Assembly (NCBI GenBank): GCA_965223795.1 | Contig: CBDCXL010000001.1 | Coordinates: 32,001-96,000, forward strand | Reading direction: 5' to 3' | Source of the DNA: Nitrospinales bacterium | GTDB taxonomy: Bacteria > Nitrospinota > Nitrospinia > Nitrospinales > VA-1 | Length of the DNA: 64,000 nt | Made by a program: the position numbers and the translations under genes | Notes under the pieces: model-generated | What the model was told of the DNA's origin: nothing | Databases searched by the model: none | What the model saw: the letters and a program-made list of their open reading frames with translations, nothing else | Shown: positions 44,100 through 53,702 of the stretch, piece by piece | Layout of the letters: each line of letters begins with the position of its first letter | Numbering within the stretch: position 1 is the stretch's first letter

Positions 44100-46943
44100 G
44101 TGCTGCAGATTCGATCTTCACGGCGGCTGCTGGGCTGGGTGGTTTGGGTGGTGTGCGTGTTTTTCCTGGTGTCCCTCGCCGAGGCGGTGGGCGACCGCAA
44201 GACCAAAACGCTGGCTCTTGAAAACGGTCTGGACGTTCTTCTGATCCACGATCCGGAGGTCCATCGCAGCGCCGCGGCGCTTTCCGTGGGGACGGGGCAC
44301 CTGTACGACCCGGACGACAAGATGGGGCTCGCGCATTATCTGGAGCACATGCTGTTTCTCGGCACCGAGAAATTCCCGGAGACGGGCAGCTATAAGAAGT
44401 ACCTCAACGAGAACTCGGGCGCCAGCAACGCCTACACGGGCGGGGCCATCACCAATTATTTCTTCCAGGTGTCGCACGAGGCCTTCGAAGGCGCGCTGGA
44501 CCGGTTCAGCGATTTTTTCAAGGCGCCGCTGTTCGACAAGACCTATTCCGAGCGGGAGGTGAACGCGGTCAACAGCGAGCACGACAAGAACAAGCTGCGC
44601 GACGGCTGGCGCGCGAACTACGTCGTGCAGCAGATTTCCGAGGAAGGGCACCCCTTGCGCAAGTTCGGCACCGGCAACAAGGACACGCTCGCGGGGGACA
44701 ACCGGCCGGCGCTGCTCGATTTTTTCAAGAAATACTACGCGGCTTCCAATATGAAGCTCGCCATCATCTCTTCGCAGCCGCTGGAGCTGCAGGCGCAGCT
44801 GGCGAAAAAGTACTTCGCGGCGATTCCCAACCGGCCGGTGACCAAACCGGAGATTCCGCCCACCTTCCGCAAGCCGCTGGACGGCAAGTACCGCCTGCTC
44901 AAGATCAAGATGATCAAGGACACGCGTTCGATGGAGCTGGAATTCCCCACGATCCGCCTGACCGACCATAAGGAAAGCAAACCGGCGTCGATCGTGGCCA
45001 CGGTCATCGGCTACGAGGGCAAGGGTTCGCTGCTCTCCAAGCTGAAGGAAGAAGGGCTGGTGCTGGGGCTGAGCGCCGGAGGCGGGTCGAGCCATCCGGA
45101 CATCAACTCGTTCAGCATCAACGTGTCTCTCACCCGAAAGGGCGTCGTCGAATACGAACGCATTCTCGAGCTTGTGTTTTCCTACATCGACATGTTGAAG
45201 AAGGAGGGATTCAAGGAGTACACCTTCAAGGAAAACCAGACGATGGCGCAGATCGACTTCGACTGGAAGGATCCGGACGAGGGCATGGGGTTCGTCGCGG
45301 GCCGCGCGGCGCTGATGCAGGATTACAAGATCGAGGAAGTGGAGACGCTGCCGTTCCTGTTCAAGAAATACGACCCCGACGCCTACAAGGCGGTGCTCGG
45401 CACGCTGACGCCGGAGAACATGCTGGTGGTGCTGAAGACCAACGCGGTGGAGACGGACAAGAAAGTCAAATATTACGGCGCGGAGTATTCCCTCAAGCAG
45501 GTGGGCGGCGAAGCGTTTCAGAAACTGAAGTCTCCGATCCAGGTCGCCGCGATGCACTACCCGGAAGAGAACGACTTCATTCCGTACAATCTCAAGCTGG
45601 TGAAGGAAGTGCCGCACCTGGTGTGGGACGACGATCTTGCGAAAGTGTGGTTTCAGTTCGACAGCCGCTTCGAGCAGCCGCGCATCTACCTGAAGTTTCT
45701 CATCGAGACGCCGCGCGTCTACGACACTGCGAGAAACTCCAGGCTGTCCTCGCTGTATTTGGCGGCCATCAAGGAAGGGTTGAACGAGATCGTCTATCCC
45801 ATTCAGACCGCCGGACTGTCTTACGGGCTGAGCGGGAGGAAAAAGGGCATCGTGCTGACCATCGGCGGTTATTCCGAACGGGTGGGCGACCTGCTCAAGC
45901 TGGTCATCGAAAACCTCAAGACGGTGAAGATCAGCCAGCAGAAATTCGACGACCTCAAGGAGGCCATGGTGCGCGGGCTGAAAAACAGCAAGCTGGCGCA
46001 GGCGTATTCGCGCGGCGGCTACTACAACCGGCTGATCTGGCTGGATAAGCAGTACACCGAGGAAGAGGCCCTGGAAGCGCTGATGCCGCTGACGCTGGAC
46101 GACGTGAAGGCCTATTCGAATGAGCTTTACGAGCGGGTGTTCATCACCGGAATGGGCCACGGCAACGGCACGGATGAGAAGGTCAAGGAGAGCGTCCGCA
46201 TTCTGCTGGACGGGATTCAGGCGAAGCCGCTGCCGGAAAGCGAGCGCTTCGAGCAGGCGGTCGAGGTGCTGGATTCGAACGAACGGGTCCTGTTTTCCCG
46301 GCAGGTGGAGGACAACAACAATTCCCTGGCCTACAGCGTGCAGATCGGTGAGAAAGACCTGGATCGGCAGGCGCGGGCGCAGATGATCGCCTCCATTCTG
46401 GAAAGCGATTTTTATACGCAGATGCGCACCAACCAGCAGTTGGGCTACATCGTGTGGAGCTTTCAACAGACGCTGGAGGACCGGATGTTTCTGCGCTTCG
46501 TCATTCAGTCCGCCAACCACAGCCCGTTCGAGTTGAACCGCAGGGTGGAAGCCTGGCTGAAAAAGTCCGGGGAACTGCTGGACAAGGTCACCGACGAGGA
46601 GTTCGAAAAACACCGGGCGAGCATCATCGTGTCGCTGGAAAAAAAGGGAGAGAGCATCGCCGAGGTGATGGGCGATCTGTATTATCTCGCGACCGAGGAA
46701 GAAGGGGATTTCCGCTATAAACAAAAACTGATCGAGGCCGTTAAGAAGCTGAAGAAGGAAGAAGTCCTGGCCGCCGGCCGCAAATGGCTGACAGAACCGA
46801 AAACGCCCCGCCTGGTCGTGCTCATGCGTTCCCGGGACAACGACGAAGCGGTGCCCGAAGGAGTGCTTACGGAAGTGAGCCAGTTTAAAAACCGCAAAAC
46901 CACCCACGCAGGCCGCGCTACGGCCGGGGGCGAAGGTTCGTGA
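44100..46943 (+). CDS. Exported insulinase/pitrilysin family (M16A) metallopeptidase
   Basis: Inverted zincin HYLEHMLF, NAYT, EVNAVNSEH, MRTNQQLGYIV, and a signal peptide. Confidence 0.93.
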   Translation: MLQIRSSRRLLGWVVWVVCVFFLVSLAEAVGDRKTKTLALENGLDVLLIHDPEVHRSAAALSVGTGHLYDPDDKMGLAHYLEHMLFLGTEKFPETGSYKKYLNENSGASNAYTGGAITNYFFQVSHEAFEGALDRFSDFFKAPLFDKTYSEREVNAVNSEHDKNKLRDGWRANYVVQQISEEGHPLRKFGTGNKDTLAGDNRPALLDFFKKYYAASNMKLAIISSQPLELQAQLAKKYFAAIPNRPVTKPEIPPTFRKPLDGKYRLLKIKMIKDTRSMELEFPTIRLTDHKESKPASIVATVIGYEGKGSLLSKLKEEGLVLGLSAGGGSSHPDINSFSINVSLTRKGVVEYERILELVFSYIDMLKKEGFKEYTFKENQTMAQIDFDWKDPDEGMGFVAGRAALMQDYKIEEVETLPFLFKKYDPDAYKAVLGTLTPENMLVVLKTNAVETDKKVKYYGAEYSLKQVGGEAFQKLKSPIQVAAMHYPEENDFIPYNLKLVKEVPHLVWDDDLAKVWFQFDSRFEQPRIYLKFLIETPRVYDTARNSRLSSLYLAAIKEGLNEIVYPIQTAGLSYGLSGRKKGIVLTIGGYSERVGDLLKLVIENLKTVKISQQKFDDLKEAMVRGLKNSKLAQAYSRGGYYNRLIWLDKQYTEEEALEALMPLTLDDVKAYSNELYERVFITGMGHGNGTDEKVKESVRILLDGIQAKPLPESERFEQAVEVLDSNERVLFSRQVEDNNNSLAYSVQIGEKDLDRQARAQMIASILESDFYTQMRTNQQLGYIVWSFQQTLEDRMFLRFVIQSANHSPFELNRRVEAWLKKSGELLDKVTDEEFEKHRASIIVSLEKKGESIAEVMGDLYYLATEEEGDFRYKQKLIEAVKKLKKEEVLAAGRKWLTEPKTPRLVVLMRSRDNDEAVPEGVLTEVSQFKNRKTTHAGRATAGGEGS

Positions 46944-48478
46944 AATTCGCCTCCCTGCTCAAGCGGGGGATGAACCTGGTCAAGGTGGGGCGTGCGGTGC
47001 GCACGCTCCGGACCGCGGACGATGCGGAAAAGCGGGTCTGGGCGAAAAACTACCTCATCGAGATCCTGGGCCGGTCGCGCGGGCTGCCTGCCAAGGCCGG
47101 GCAGTTCATGACGCTGGGCGGGGACGACGGCGATCTCAGGGATACGCTGAACGGCGCCATCCCGCCCATGCCCACGGACCAGGCGGTGTCCATCCTGGAA
47201 ACCGCGCTCGGCGCTCCCCTCGACACCCATTTCAAGAGCCTCAACGATGCGCCCAAAGCGGCGTCTTTGGGACAGGTGCATTTTGGCACGCTCAGGGACG
47301 GCACGCCCGTGGCGGTGAAGGTCCAGTACCCGGACATCCGCCAGTGCGTTGAAGCGGAAATGGATCTGCTCGGCTGGATGCCGAAGGTGGGGCCGGTGGC
47401 GAAGTGGGGTTTTTCGATGGAAGGCTACCGCGACGCGTTCTGGAACAATTTCCGTAAAGAACTCGATTACACGCGCGAGATCCGGCATCAGCAGCAGTAC
47501 GGAAAAATGGCCGCGCCGCTCAAGGACGTCGTGGTGCCGGACGTGATCGAATCCTTGTGTCGCCCCAACGTGCTGGTGCAGCGGCTTGAGGAAGGGTTCG
47601 ACCTCGACAAGGCGCAGGGCCTGCATGAGCCGCAGCGCCAGAGGATCGGTAAGGTGCTGCTGGCGCATTACCTGCACATGCTGTTCAACCACGGCTTCGT
47701 GCACGCCGATCCGCAGCCGGGCAATTTCGCGTTCCGCCAGACCGGGCGCGACCGCTTCGCGCTGATCCTGTACGACTTCGGCTGCGTGCTGGAGATCAAC
47801 GACACGGTGCGGCTGGCGCTGCTGCGCACCATCCTGGCGCTGCAGAACCACGAAGCCGCCGACCCGGTGGCCTGCCTGGCACTGGCGGGGTTCGACGCGC
47901 AGAAGCTGGAGGACCTCAGGCCGACTCTGCCCGCTCTGTTACAGGTTCTGTTCGAGCCGTTTCTCTGCGAAGGCGCGTACGACATCAAAGCGTGGAGGAT
48001 GAGCGAGCGCTTCGACGCCATCGTGGGCGATCTCAAGTGGTGGTTCCGCTCGGCGGCGCCGCCGGAGTTGATCTTCCTCATGCGCACCCTGCACGGGCTC
48101 GCCGTCATGCTGGAGCGGCTCGATGTGAAGCTGCCGTGGAAGTTCATGCTGCACGAGCTGTGCGGCCAGCAGTTTCCCGCGGCGCAGGCCCTCACACTGC
48201 CGCCGCCAGCGGAATCGGCGGTGAAGTTCAGCGGCATCGCGCGCTATTTGCAGGTGCACGTGGTCAAACCGAACGGCAACAAGATCAAGCTCACCATGCC
48301 CGCGCGCGTGGCGGACGATTTGCGCGGCGTCATCGACCCGCCGGTGCTGGAATCCATAAAACGGCAGAGCATCGACCTCGACGCCATTCAGCAGCGCGTG
48401 CGCCGGTCCGGCTTCGTGCCGCAGACGGTGTTCGACCTCAGCGACCCGGAACGCGAAGTCAGGGTGTGGCTGGAGTGA
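46940..48478 (+). CDS. ABC1/AarF/UbiB family atypical kinase
   Basis: KAGQ, AASLGQVH, VAVKVQYP, ELDY, HADPQPGN, DFG. Confidence 0.9.
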   Translation: MKFASLLKRGMNLVKVGRAVRTLRTADDAEKRVWAKNYLIEILGRSRGLPAKAGQFMTLGGDDGDLRDTLNGAIPPMPTDQAVSILETALGAPLDTHFKSLNDAPKAASLGQVHFGTLRDGTPVAVKVQYPDIRQCVEAEMDLLGWMPKVGPVAKWGFSMEGYRDAFWNNFRKELDYTREIRHQQQYGKMAAPLKDVVVPDVIESLCRPNVLVQRLEEGFDLDKAQGLHEPQRQRIGKVLLAHYLHMLFNHGFVHADPQPGNFAFRQTGRDRFALILYDFGCVLEINDTVRLALLRTILALQNHEAADPVACLALAGFDAQKLEDLRPTLPALLQVLFEPFLCEGAYDIKAWRMSERFDAIVGDLKWWFRSAAPPELIFLMRTLHGLAVMLERLDVKLPWKFMLHELCGQQFPAAQALTLPPPAESAVKFSGIARYLQVHVVKPNGNKIKLTMPARVADDLRGVIDPPVLESIKRQSIDLDAIQQRVRRSGFVPQTVFDLSDPEREVRVWLE

Positions 48479-48500
48479 GAGCCTGCGTGCGGAGCCGACT

Positions 48501-48836
48501 GTGACCGATCCGGCGCGATTTTTAGCGAAACGGCAGGCGCTGGTGAAAGCCTGGCCCTGGGCGGCGGGGTTTCTTTTTGTGTTGCTGGCGGGGTTCGTGA
48601 TTTACCTGTTCGTGCGCACGCCGCTGATGGTCAATCCCTTCCTGATGGCCGAAACGCTGGCCGAAAACGGGCTGGAACCCGCCACCCTTTCCCTGTATGC
48701 CGCCCTCACTCCGGTTTTCCTCGATACGGTGCTGTTCCTGCTGTTGATCCTCATCCTGTTTCTGATCGACCGCATGTGGGCGGAAAAAAAATTCCTCAAC
48801 ATCATCCAGGATCTCAAGGGCAAGCGGACAGACTGA
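48501..48836 (+). CDS. Hypothetical membrane protein
   Basis: Two TM segments, co-oriented just downstream of the kinase. Confidence 0.6.
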   Translation: MTDPARFLAKRQALVKAWPWAAGFLFVLLAGFVIYLFVRTPLMVNPFLMAETLAENGLEPATLSLYAALTPVFLDTVLFLLLILILFLIDRMWAEKKFLNIIQDLKGKRTD

Positions 48837-48975
48837 CTGTCATCCTCCATCGTGATGGTGCCGATAAACGGCAGGACGGAGGAGCTGGTGGAGTTAGGAT
48901 TGTCGGCGCACGCGTATGTTCCCCGCCTTTACCGGCGGGGAGGGTGGATTCCGATCAAACCTGCGCGAACGGTGT

Positions 48976-50376
48976 TCAGGAGCAGGCGGCGATCTCGGCC
49001 TTGAGGTCGGGCTTGACGGCGACGTGGGGCACGGTCTTTTTCACCATGGCGTTGGTGTTTTTGACGGCCAGCTTGTCGAACAGGAAGTCGAACTTGCCTT
49101 CCAGTTCCTTGCCGATGGCGCTGCGGATGTCCTGGGGCAGGGCCCAGAATTTCGGCTTGAACTCGCCGAAGCCTTTTTTGCGGGTCTTGTAGATGAACTG
49201 CTCGTCGGTCATGTCCGCTTTTTTCTCGCCCGCGAATTTCTTGCGCAGGTGCTTGTAGATCTCTTCCTTGAAGTCTTTCGGAAAGTGGCTGCTGTCGTAG
49301 ATCATGTTCTGAAAATCGGTGGCGAGGTGGATTTCCGCGGTTTCCAGTTCCGGAAACTTGTTGAACAGGTCCGCCGGAAGGGTGGACGCGCCGTGCTGCA
49401 CGGCTCCGGCGAGGCCGTAGCTTTCGCGTGAAATGCGCGACAGCTTGTCCAGGGTCTCGAAATCCAGGTTCACTTCGGCGACGCTGCCGTCGGGCAGCGG
49501 CACGCCCCCGTGCGAGGTGCCGGTCTGGATGGAAATCTTGCTGATGCCTTTGGCTCCGGGATTGGTTTTTTCCAGCAGTTCGTTGAAATTGTCCAGATAG
49601 GCGCGCAGTTCCTGCTCGTTGCTGTTCTGTTTGCCCACTTCGCCGATCTCGCCGCCGACGGAGACGGTGACGCCTTCCGGCTCCAGCTCGCGCACGTAGT
49701 TGGTGAGCTCGACGCCGACTTCGTAATTGAGGCGCTGCTGCTCGGCGACGCTGTCGTGGCTGAGATCCACCAGTGTGGAGGTATCGATGTCGATGTTGTA
49801 AAAACCCGCGCCGATGCCGCGCCGGATGAGTTCCTTGAGCCCCTCGATCTCTTTTTTCGGGTCCGTCGCGTATTTTTCGGCGTTCACCTGGAAGTGGTCG
49901 CCCTGGATGAAAACCGGTCCTTTGTGTCTTTCCTTGATGGCGGCGGCGAGCACCACCGCGGCGACCTCGTGCGGCAATTGAAAGGTGTAGCCGATTTCGG
50001 ATTTGGCGATCTCGAAGATCAGCGCGCCGCAGTCGACCTTGTGGGCGGAGCGGAACACGGCGCGGCACATGTCGTAGGACATGCCGCGGACATTGAGCGC
50101 GGGCACGGTGAATCCCTTCACTTCGCCGCGGCCTCGGGCTTCGTACAGTCCCTGGATGGACGCCGGGACGATGCCCATCTCCTGCGCCGCGGATTTGATG
50201 AGATATCGAGAAAAACCCTTGATTTCGTTGGACTCGTTGAGAACGGCGTTTTCCACCAGGGTGTCGATGTAGGCATCTCGGAGCTTGTCCTCGTTTTCCA
50301 GTTTGACGCTGCCGTTGTTCTGGCCGACGATTCCCTTCAGTTGATCGGTGATTTCGCTCGTGTTGGAAAACAGCAT
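48976..50376 (-). CDS. Class II fructose-bisphosphate aldolase family protein (long form)
   Basis: VPALN, SEIGYT, QGDH, GEIGEVG, GTSHGG, VQHGAS. AAGGAG RBS. Confidence 0.88.
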   Translation of the reverse strand: MLFSNTSEITDQLKGIVGQNNGSVKLENEDKLRDAYIDTLVENAVLNESNEIKGFSRYLIKSAAQEMGIVPASIQGLYEARGRGEVKGFTVPALNVRGMSYDMCRAVFRSAHKVDCGALIFEIAKSEIGYTFQLPHEVAAVVLAAAIKERHKGPVFIQGDHFQVNAEKYATDPKKEIEGLKELIRRGIGAGFYNIDIDTSTLVDLSHDSVAEQQRLNYEVGVELTNYVRELEPEGVTVSVGGEIGEVGKQNSNEQELRAYLDNFNELLEKTNPGAKGISKISIQTGTSHGGVPLPDGSVAEVNLDFETLDKLSRISRESYGLAGAVQHGASTLPADLFNKFPELETAEIHLATDFQNMIYDSSHFPKDFKEEIYKHLRKKFAGEKKADMTDEQFIYKTRKKGFGEFKPKFWALPQDIRSAIGKELEGKFDFLFDKLAVKNTNAMVKKTVPHVAVKPDLKAEIAACS

Positions 50377-50800
50377 GGGACTCTCCTTGACGGTTGGGTT
50401 TATTCTGAAAAATCCGGTGAAACACCCTGGATTTCCGGGCCGTTTTCACCTGGGATTGTCGGGCGGATTTCCACGCAACCTGGATCGACTGTCCTCAACG
50501 TTACATTAAATGTCGTCTGGGTGTGGTTTGAATTTGGCTAGGGATTGCCCTTTATTTCTATTTTAGCCAAAAATATCCCCGGAGGCAAAACATCTTTGCG
50601 CAGCAGGGGTTTTCGCTTGTGGGCCAATTAATTCAAGGCATTTTCAGACCCCTGAGCGGCTGATTCCGGAGGTCTGGATCGGCGTTCGGAAACCTGCCGG
50701 AAAATACCGCGGCCCGGAACCGTTTTTCGCTGTGTTCCCGGATTGAGGTGGAAGCGTATAAAGGGTTGGAAACACAGTGCTAACCAACCACCGTTTCTTG

Positions 50801-50842
50801 TTGACAGCCTCGAATAATTTGTTAGAATTTCACAACAAATTA
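50801..50842 (+). promoter_or_regulatory. Sigma70-like promoter with an overlapping palindromic operator, upstream of the USP fusion gene
   Basis: TTGACA-N16-TAGAAT and a perfect inverted repeat TAATTTGTT-N10-AACAAATTA (50815-50842). Confidence 0.65.
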
Positions 50843-50962
50843 AGCACCACCCCCGTTTTTCATTCCGTTAGCTCCGAAACCAATGCGGGAATGAACTTTA
50901 AAGCCTGAAAACCATTACCGACCCCCGGCGGACCGGGCGGCGGGAAGGGAGAGATAAACCCC

Positions 50963-52957
50963 ATGTTTAAAAATATTTATCTGCCTGTCGACAATTCCGA
51001 TTTTTCCAATACCTGCATCGATTTGGGACTGGAGTTTGCTGTTGACGGTGAAACGACCATCACGGCCAGTCATGTGTACGCCGCCAAAATGCACGATGTG
51101 CGTTTCAGACAAATGGAGAGCGGCCTGCCTGAAGAGTATCAGGATGAGGAGGAACTGGAGAAACAGCGCAACATTCATGATCAGCTCATCACCAAAGGGA
51201 TGGAAGTGATCACCGACTCCTATCTGGAAGTCCCCAAACGGCGCTGTGAAGAGGCGGGCGTTCCTTTCGTGGGCAAATCCCTGGAAGGCCGCAACTGGAT
51301 CGAACTGGTGCGGGACATCAAAGAGTCCCCGTACGATCTGGTCATCATGGGAGCCCTCGGTCTCGGAGCCATCAAGGACAGCATGATCGGCACGGTTGCC
51401 GAGCGGGTCATCCGCCGGTCGCAGACGGACATGCTGGTGGTCAAGTACATTCCGGAACTGCATGGGGAGCGGCCGTCGAGCGGCAAGATCGTCGTTGCGG
51501 TGGACGGCAGCGGCCATTCCTTCGGCGGCTTGAAAACCGGCATCGAACTCGCCAAGCATCTCAACCGGCCTCTGGAAATCATCTCCACTTTCGACCCGTA
51601 TTTCCACTACGCGATGTTCAACAGCCTCACCGGCGTTCTCACCAAGGAAGCCGGCAAGGTGTTCAAGTTCGAGCAGCAGGAAAAACTGCACGAGGACATC
51701 ATCGACAAGGGACTGGCGAAAATTTACCAGGCGCACCTGGAAATCTCCAAAAAGATCGTCGAGGAAGAGGGGATGGAATGCACCATCCGGCTGCTCGACG
51801 GCAAGGTGTTCGAAAAAGTATTGCAGTACGCGCGCGAAGAAAATCCGTACCTGCTCATCCTGGGCCGCATCGGCGTGCACAGCGCCCCGGACATGGACAT
51901 CGGCGGCAACACCGAGAACCTGCTGCGGCTGGTTCCCTGCAACGTCTACCTTTCCAGCAAAGTGTTCAAGCCGCCGATCGACATGCAGGCGGAAGAGAGC
52001 ATCGAGTGGACGGCGGAAGCGAAAGAGCGGCTCAAGAAGATCCCCGGCTTCGTCCGGCCCATGGCCACCTCGGCGATTCTGCGCTACGCTCTGGAGCGCG
52101 GCCACAGCATGATCACTTCCAGCGTCATCACCGAGGCGGTGGAGAACATTCTGCCCGCCGGCGCCATGCAGGCCATGCGCGCGATCGGCGAGAACATGAA
52201 GAAAGAGGGTGTCGATCCGGAAGGTCCGGAAGTGCTGGGCAAACTGAAAGACCAGATGATGGAAGCCCACTCCGGCAAGAGCGCGGAAGAAGTCACGCTC
52301 AAATGTACGAGCTGCGGCACCATTCTGAAAGGCGACGTGGTGCGCTGCGGTGTCTGCGACGCGACTTCGGAACGTTTCCTGCCGATCGACAAGGAAGAGT
52401 TCAAGCCCGATCAGAAGGAAGAGGAACAGAAAACGGAAGTCACGACGTTCGACGACGTGGTGGTCACCTGGACGCAGGACGCGATGGACTACCTGGACGA
52501 GATCCCGGAAGGGCACGTCCGGCGGCGCGCACGGGCACGCATCGAAAAGAGCGCCCGCGTGCAGAAGATCGCTACCATTTCCCGCGCCTTCGCCAGCAAG
52601 ATCATCAACGAAAAGGCCGTCAAGGAAGACGTCGACGGCAATGGCAACGGCAATGGCGCGAATGGCAACGGGACCAAAACCATTCAGGAAGTCATGGAGT
52701 ATGGCGCGGCGTCCAGCCCGGAGGATTTCAACTGGAGCAAGGAGGCGCTGGAACGGCTCGAGCGGGTGCCCAAGGGCTTCATGCGCGACAACACGCGCAA
52801 CCGCGTGATGGGTTACGCCAAGCTCAACGGCATTCAGGACATCTCTCTGGAAGTCTGCGAAAAAGGCATCGAGGAATCCGTCAAGCTGATGGAGGAAGCC
52901 ATCAAAAACGGCGCGACGCTGGACGACTTCCTGCCGAAAAAGGAAGTGGGCGCCTGA
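50963..52957 (+). CDS. Tandem universal stress protein fused to PCP-reductase-like repeats and a zinc ribbon
   Basis: USP1 (FKNIYLPVD...MGALG...IGTVAERV), USP2 (IVVAVDGS...LGRIG...IGGNTENL), three W(T/S)xxA..L..(I/V)P...R repeats, CTSC-x10-CGVC. Confidence 0.85.
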   Translation: MFKNIYLPVDNSDFSNTCIDLGLEFAVDGETTITASHVYAAKMHDVRFRQMESGLPEEYQDEEELEKQRNIHDQLITKGMEVITDSYLEVPKRRCEEAGVPFVGKSLEGRNWIELVRDIKESPYDLVIMGALGLGAIKDSMIGTVAERVIRRSQTDMLVVKYIPELHGERPSSGKIVVAVDGSGHSFGGLKTGIELAKHLNRPLEIISTFDPYFHYAMFNSLTGVLTKEAGKVFKFEQQEKLHEDIIDKGLAKIYQAHLEISKKIVEEEGMECTIRLLDGKVFEKVLQYAREENPYLLILGRIGVHSAPDMDIGGNTENLLRLVPCNVYLSSKVFKPPIDMQAEESIEWTAEAKERLKKIPGFVRPMATSAILRYALERGHSMITSSVITEAVENILPAGAMQAMRAIGENMKKEGVDPEGPEVLGKLKDQMMEAHSGKSAEEVTLKCTSCGTILKGDVVRCGVCDATSERFLPIDKEEFKPDQKEEEQKTEVTTFDDVVVTWTQDAMDYLDEIPEGHVRRRARARIEKSARVQKIATISRAFASKIINEKAVKEDVDGNGNGNGANGNGTKTIQEVMEYGAASSPEDFNWSKEALERLERVPKGFMRDNTRNRVMGYAKLNGIQDISLEVCEKGIEESVKLMEEAIKNGATLDDFLPKKEVGA

Positions 52958-52989
52958 CGAACCCGTTTCCCGATTGCAACGATTCATCA

Positions 52990-53023
52990 CCCGGTATCGA
53001 TTTTTCGATACCGGGTTTTTTTT
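52990..53023 (+). terminator. Intrinsic terminator of the USP fusion gene
   Basis: cccggtatcga-tttt-tcgataccggg followed by T8. Confidence 0.9.
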
Positions 53024-53099
53024 GCTTTAACAAAGACAAATAGAAAACACTTGGACAGGATAAAAAATAAGAGAAGTTTTATAAATGTTAAAGGCAATA

Positions 53100-53128
53100 G
53101 AACCGCAAAGACGCAAAGAGCGCAAAGA
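53100..53128. repeat. CGCAAAG-type interspersed repeat (family 3)
   Basis: gaaccgcaaagacgcaaag is identical at 53100 and 62677. Confidence 0.75.
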
Positions 53129-53340
53129 AATGAAAGTAGGGTGGTAACCCCTTTTATTTTCCTTGAGCCACCCGCTCATTAAAATACGGGAAGTGGCTTG
53201 TGTGAGGGGTGGATAAGAGGCATTAATGCTATGCGACAGCAACTGAAAATGCCTGACAAACCAGTCATAAGCGGCTGTATCAATCTGAAAACAGTGAGTT
53301 TGATTAGATTTCCCGGCGGCGGGGCCTTAAAATAAAAGGA

Positions 53341-53655
53341 GTGGCGGAAACCCAATCCTTTTCGGGGGAGACTGTGCGGTTCATCCTGACCATCCTGTCC
53401 CTGCCTTTGTTTCTCTGGGCGGCGGCACACTACGATCTGGAGCTTCTTGAAATCGGCTGGCTCGGCTGGGGGTGCGTGTTTCTCCTCTACGTGTGGGCCG
53501 TCCTGTGGGCGCTCGACGCGCAGGTCAATAAAGCCCGTCCGGGCGATTATTCCACCGGCGGCGCCGGAGGCTATGGCAGCGACGGCGGCTGGGGCGGCGG
53601 TATTGGAGGCGGTGGCTGCGACGGTGGGGGTGGCGGCGGAGACGGCGGCTGCTAG
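53341..53655 (+). CDS. Small membrane protein with a glycine-rich tail
   Basis: Two TM segments then ...GGGGCDGGGGGGDGGC. Confidence 0.65.
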   Translation: MAETQSFSGETVRFILTILSLPLFLWAAAHYDLELLEIGWLGWGCVFLLYVWAVLWALDAQVNKARPGDYSTGGAGGYGSDGGWGGGIGGGGCDGGGGGGDGGC

Positions 53656-53702
53656 CGCGCAATGTAGGTTGAGTGAATGATCATTCATTTCTGAAGTTTT
53701 TC

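Noticed and set aside
50819..50835. Canonical Rex operator
   Set aside because: It is 17 bp rather than 18 bp and the left arm is imperfect. Kept only as an unassigned palindrome.
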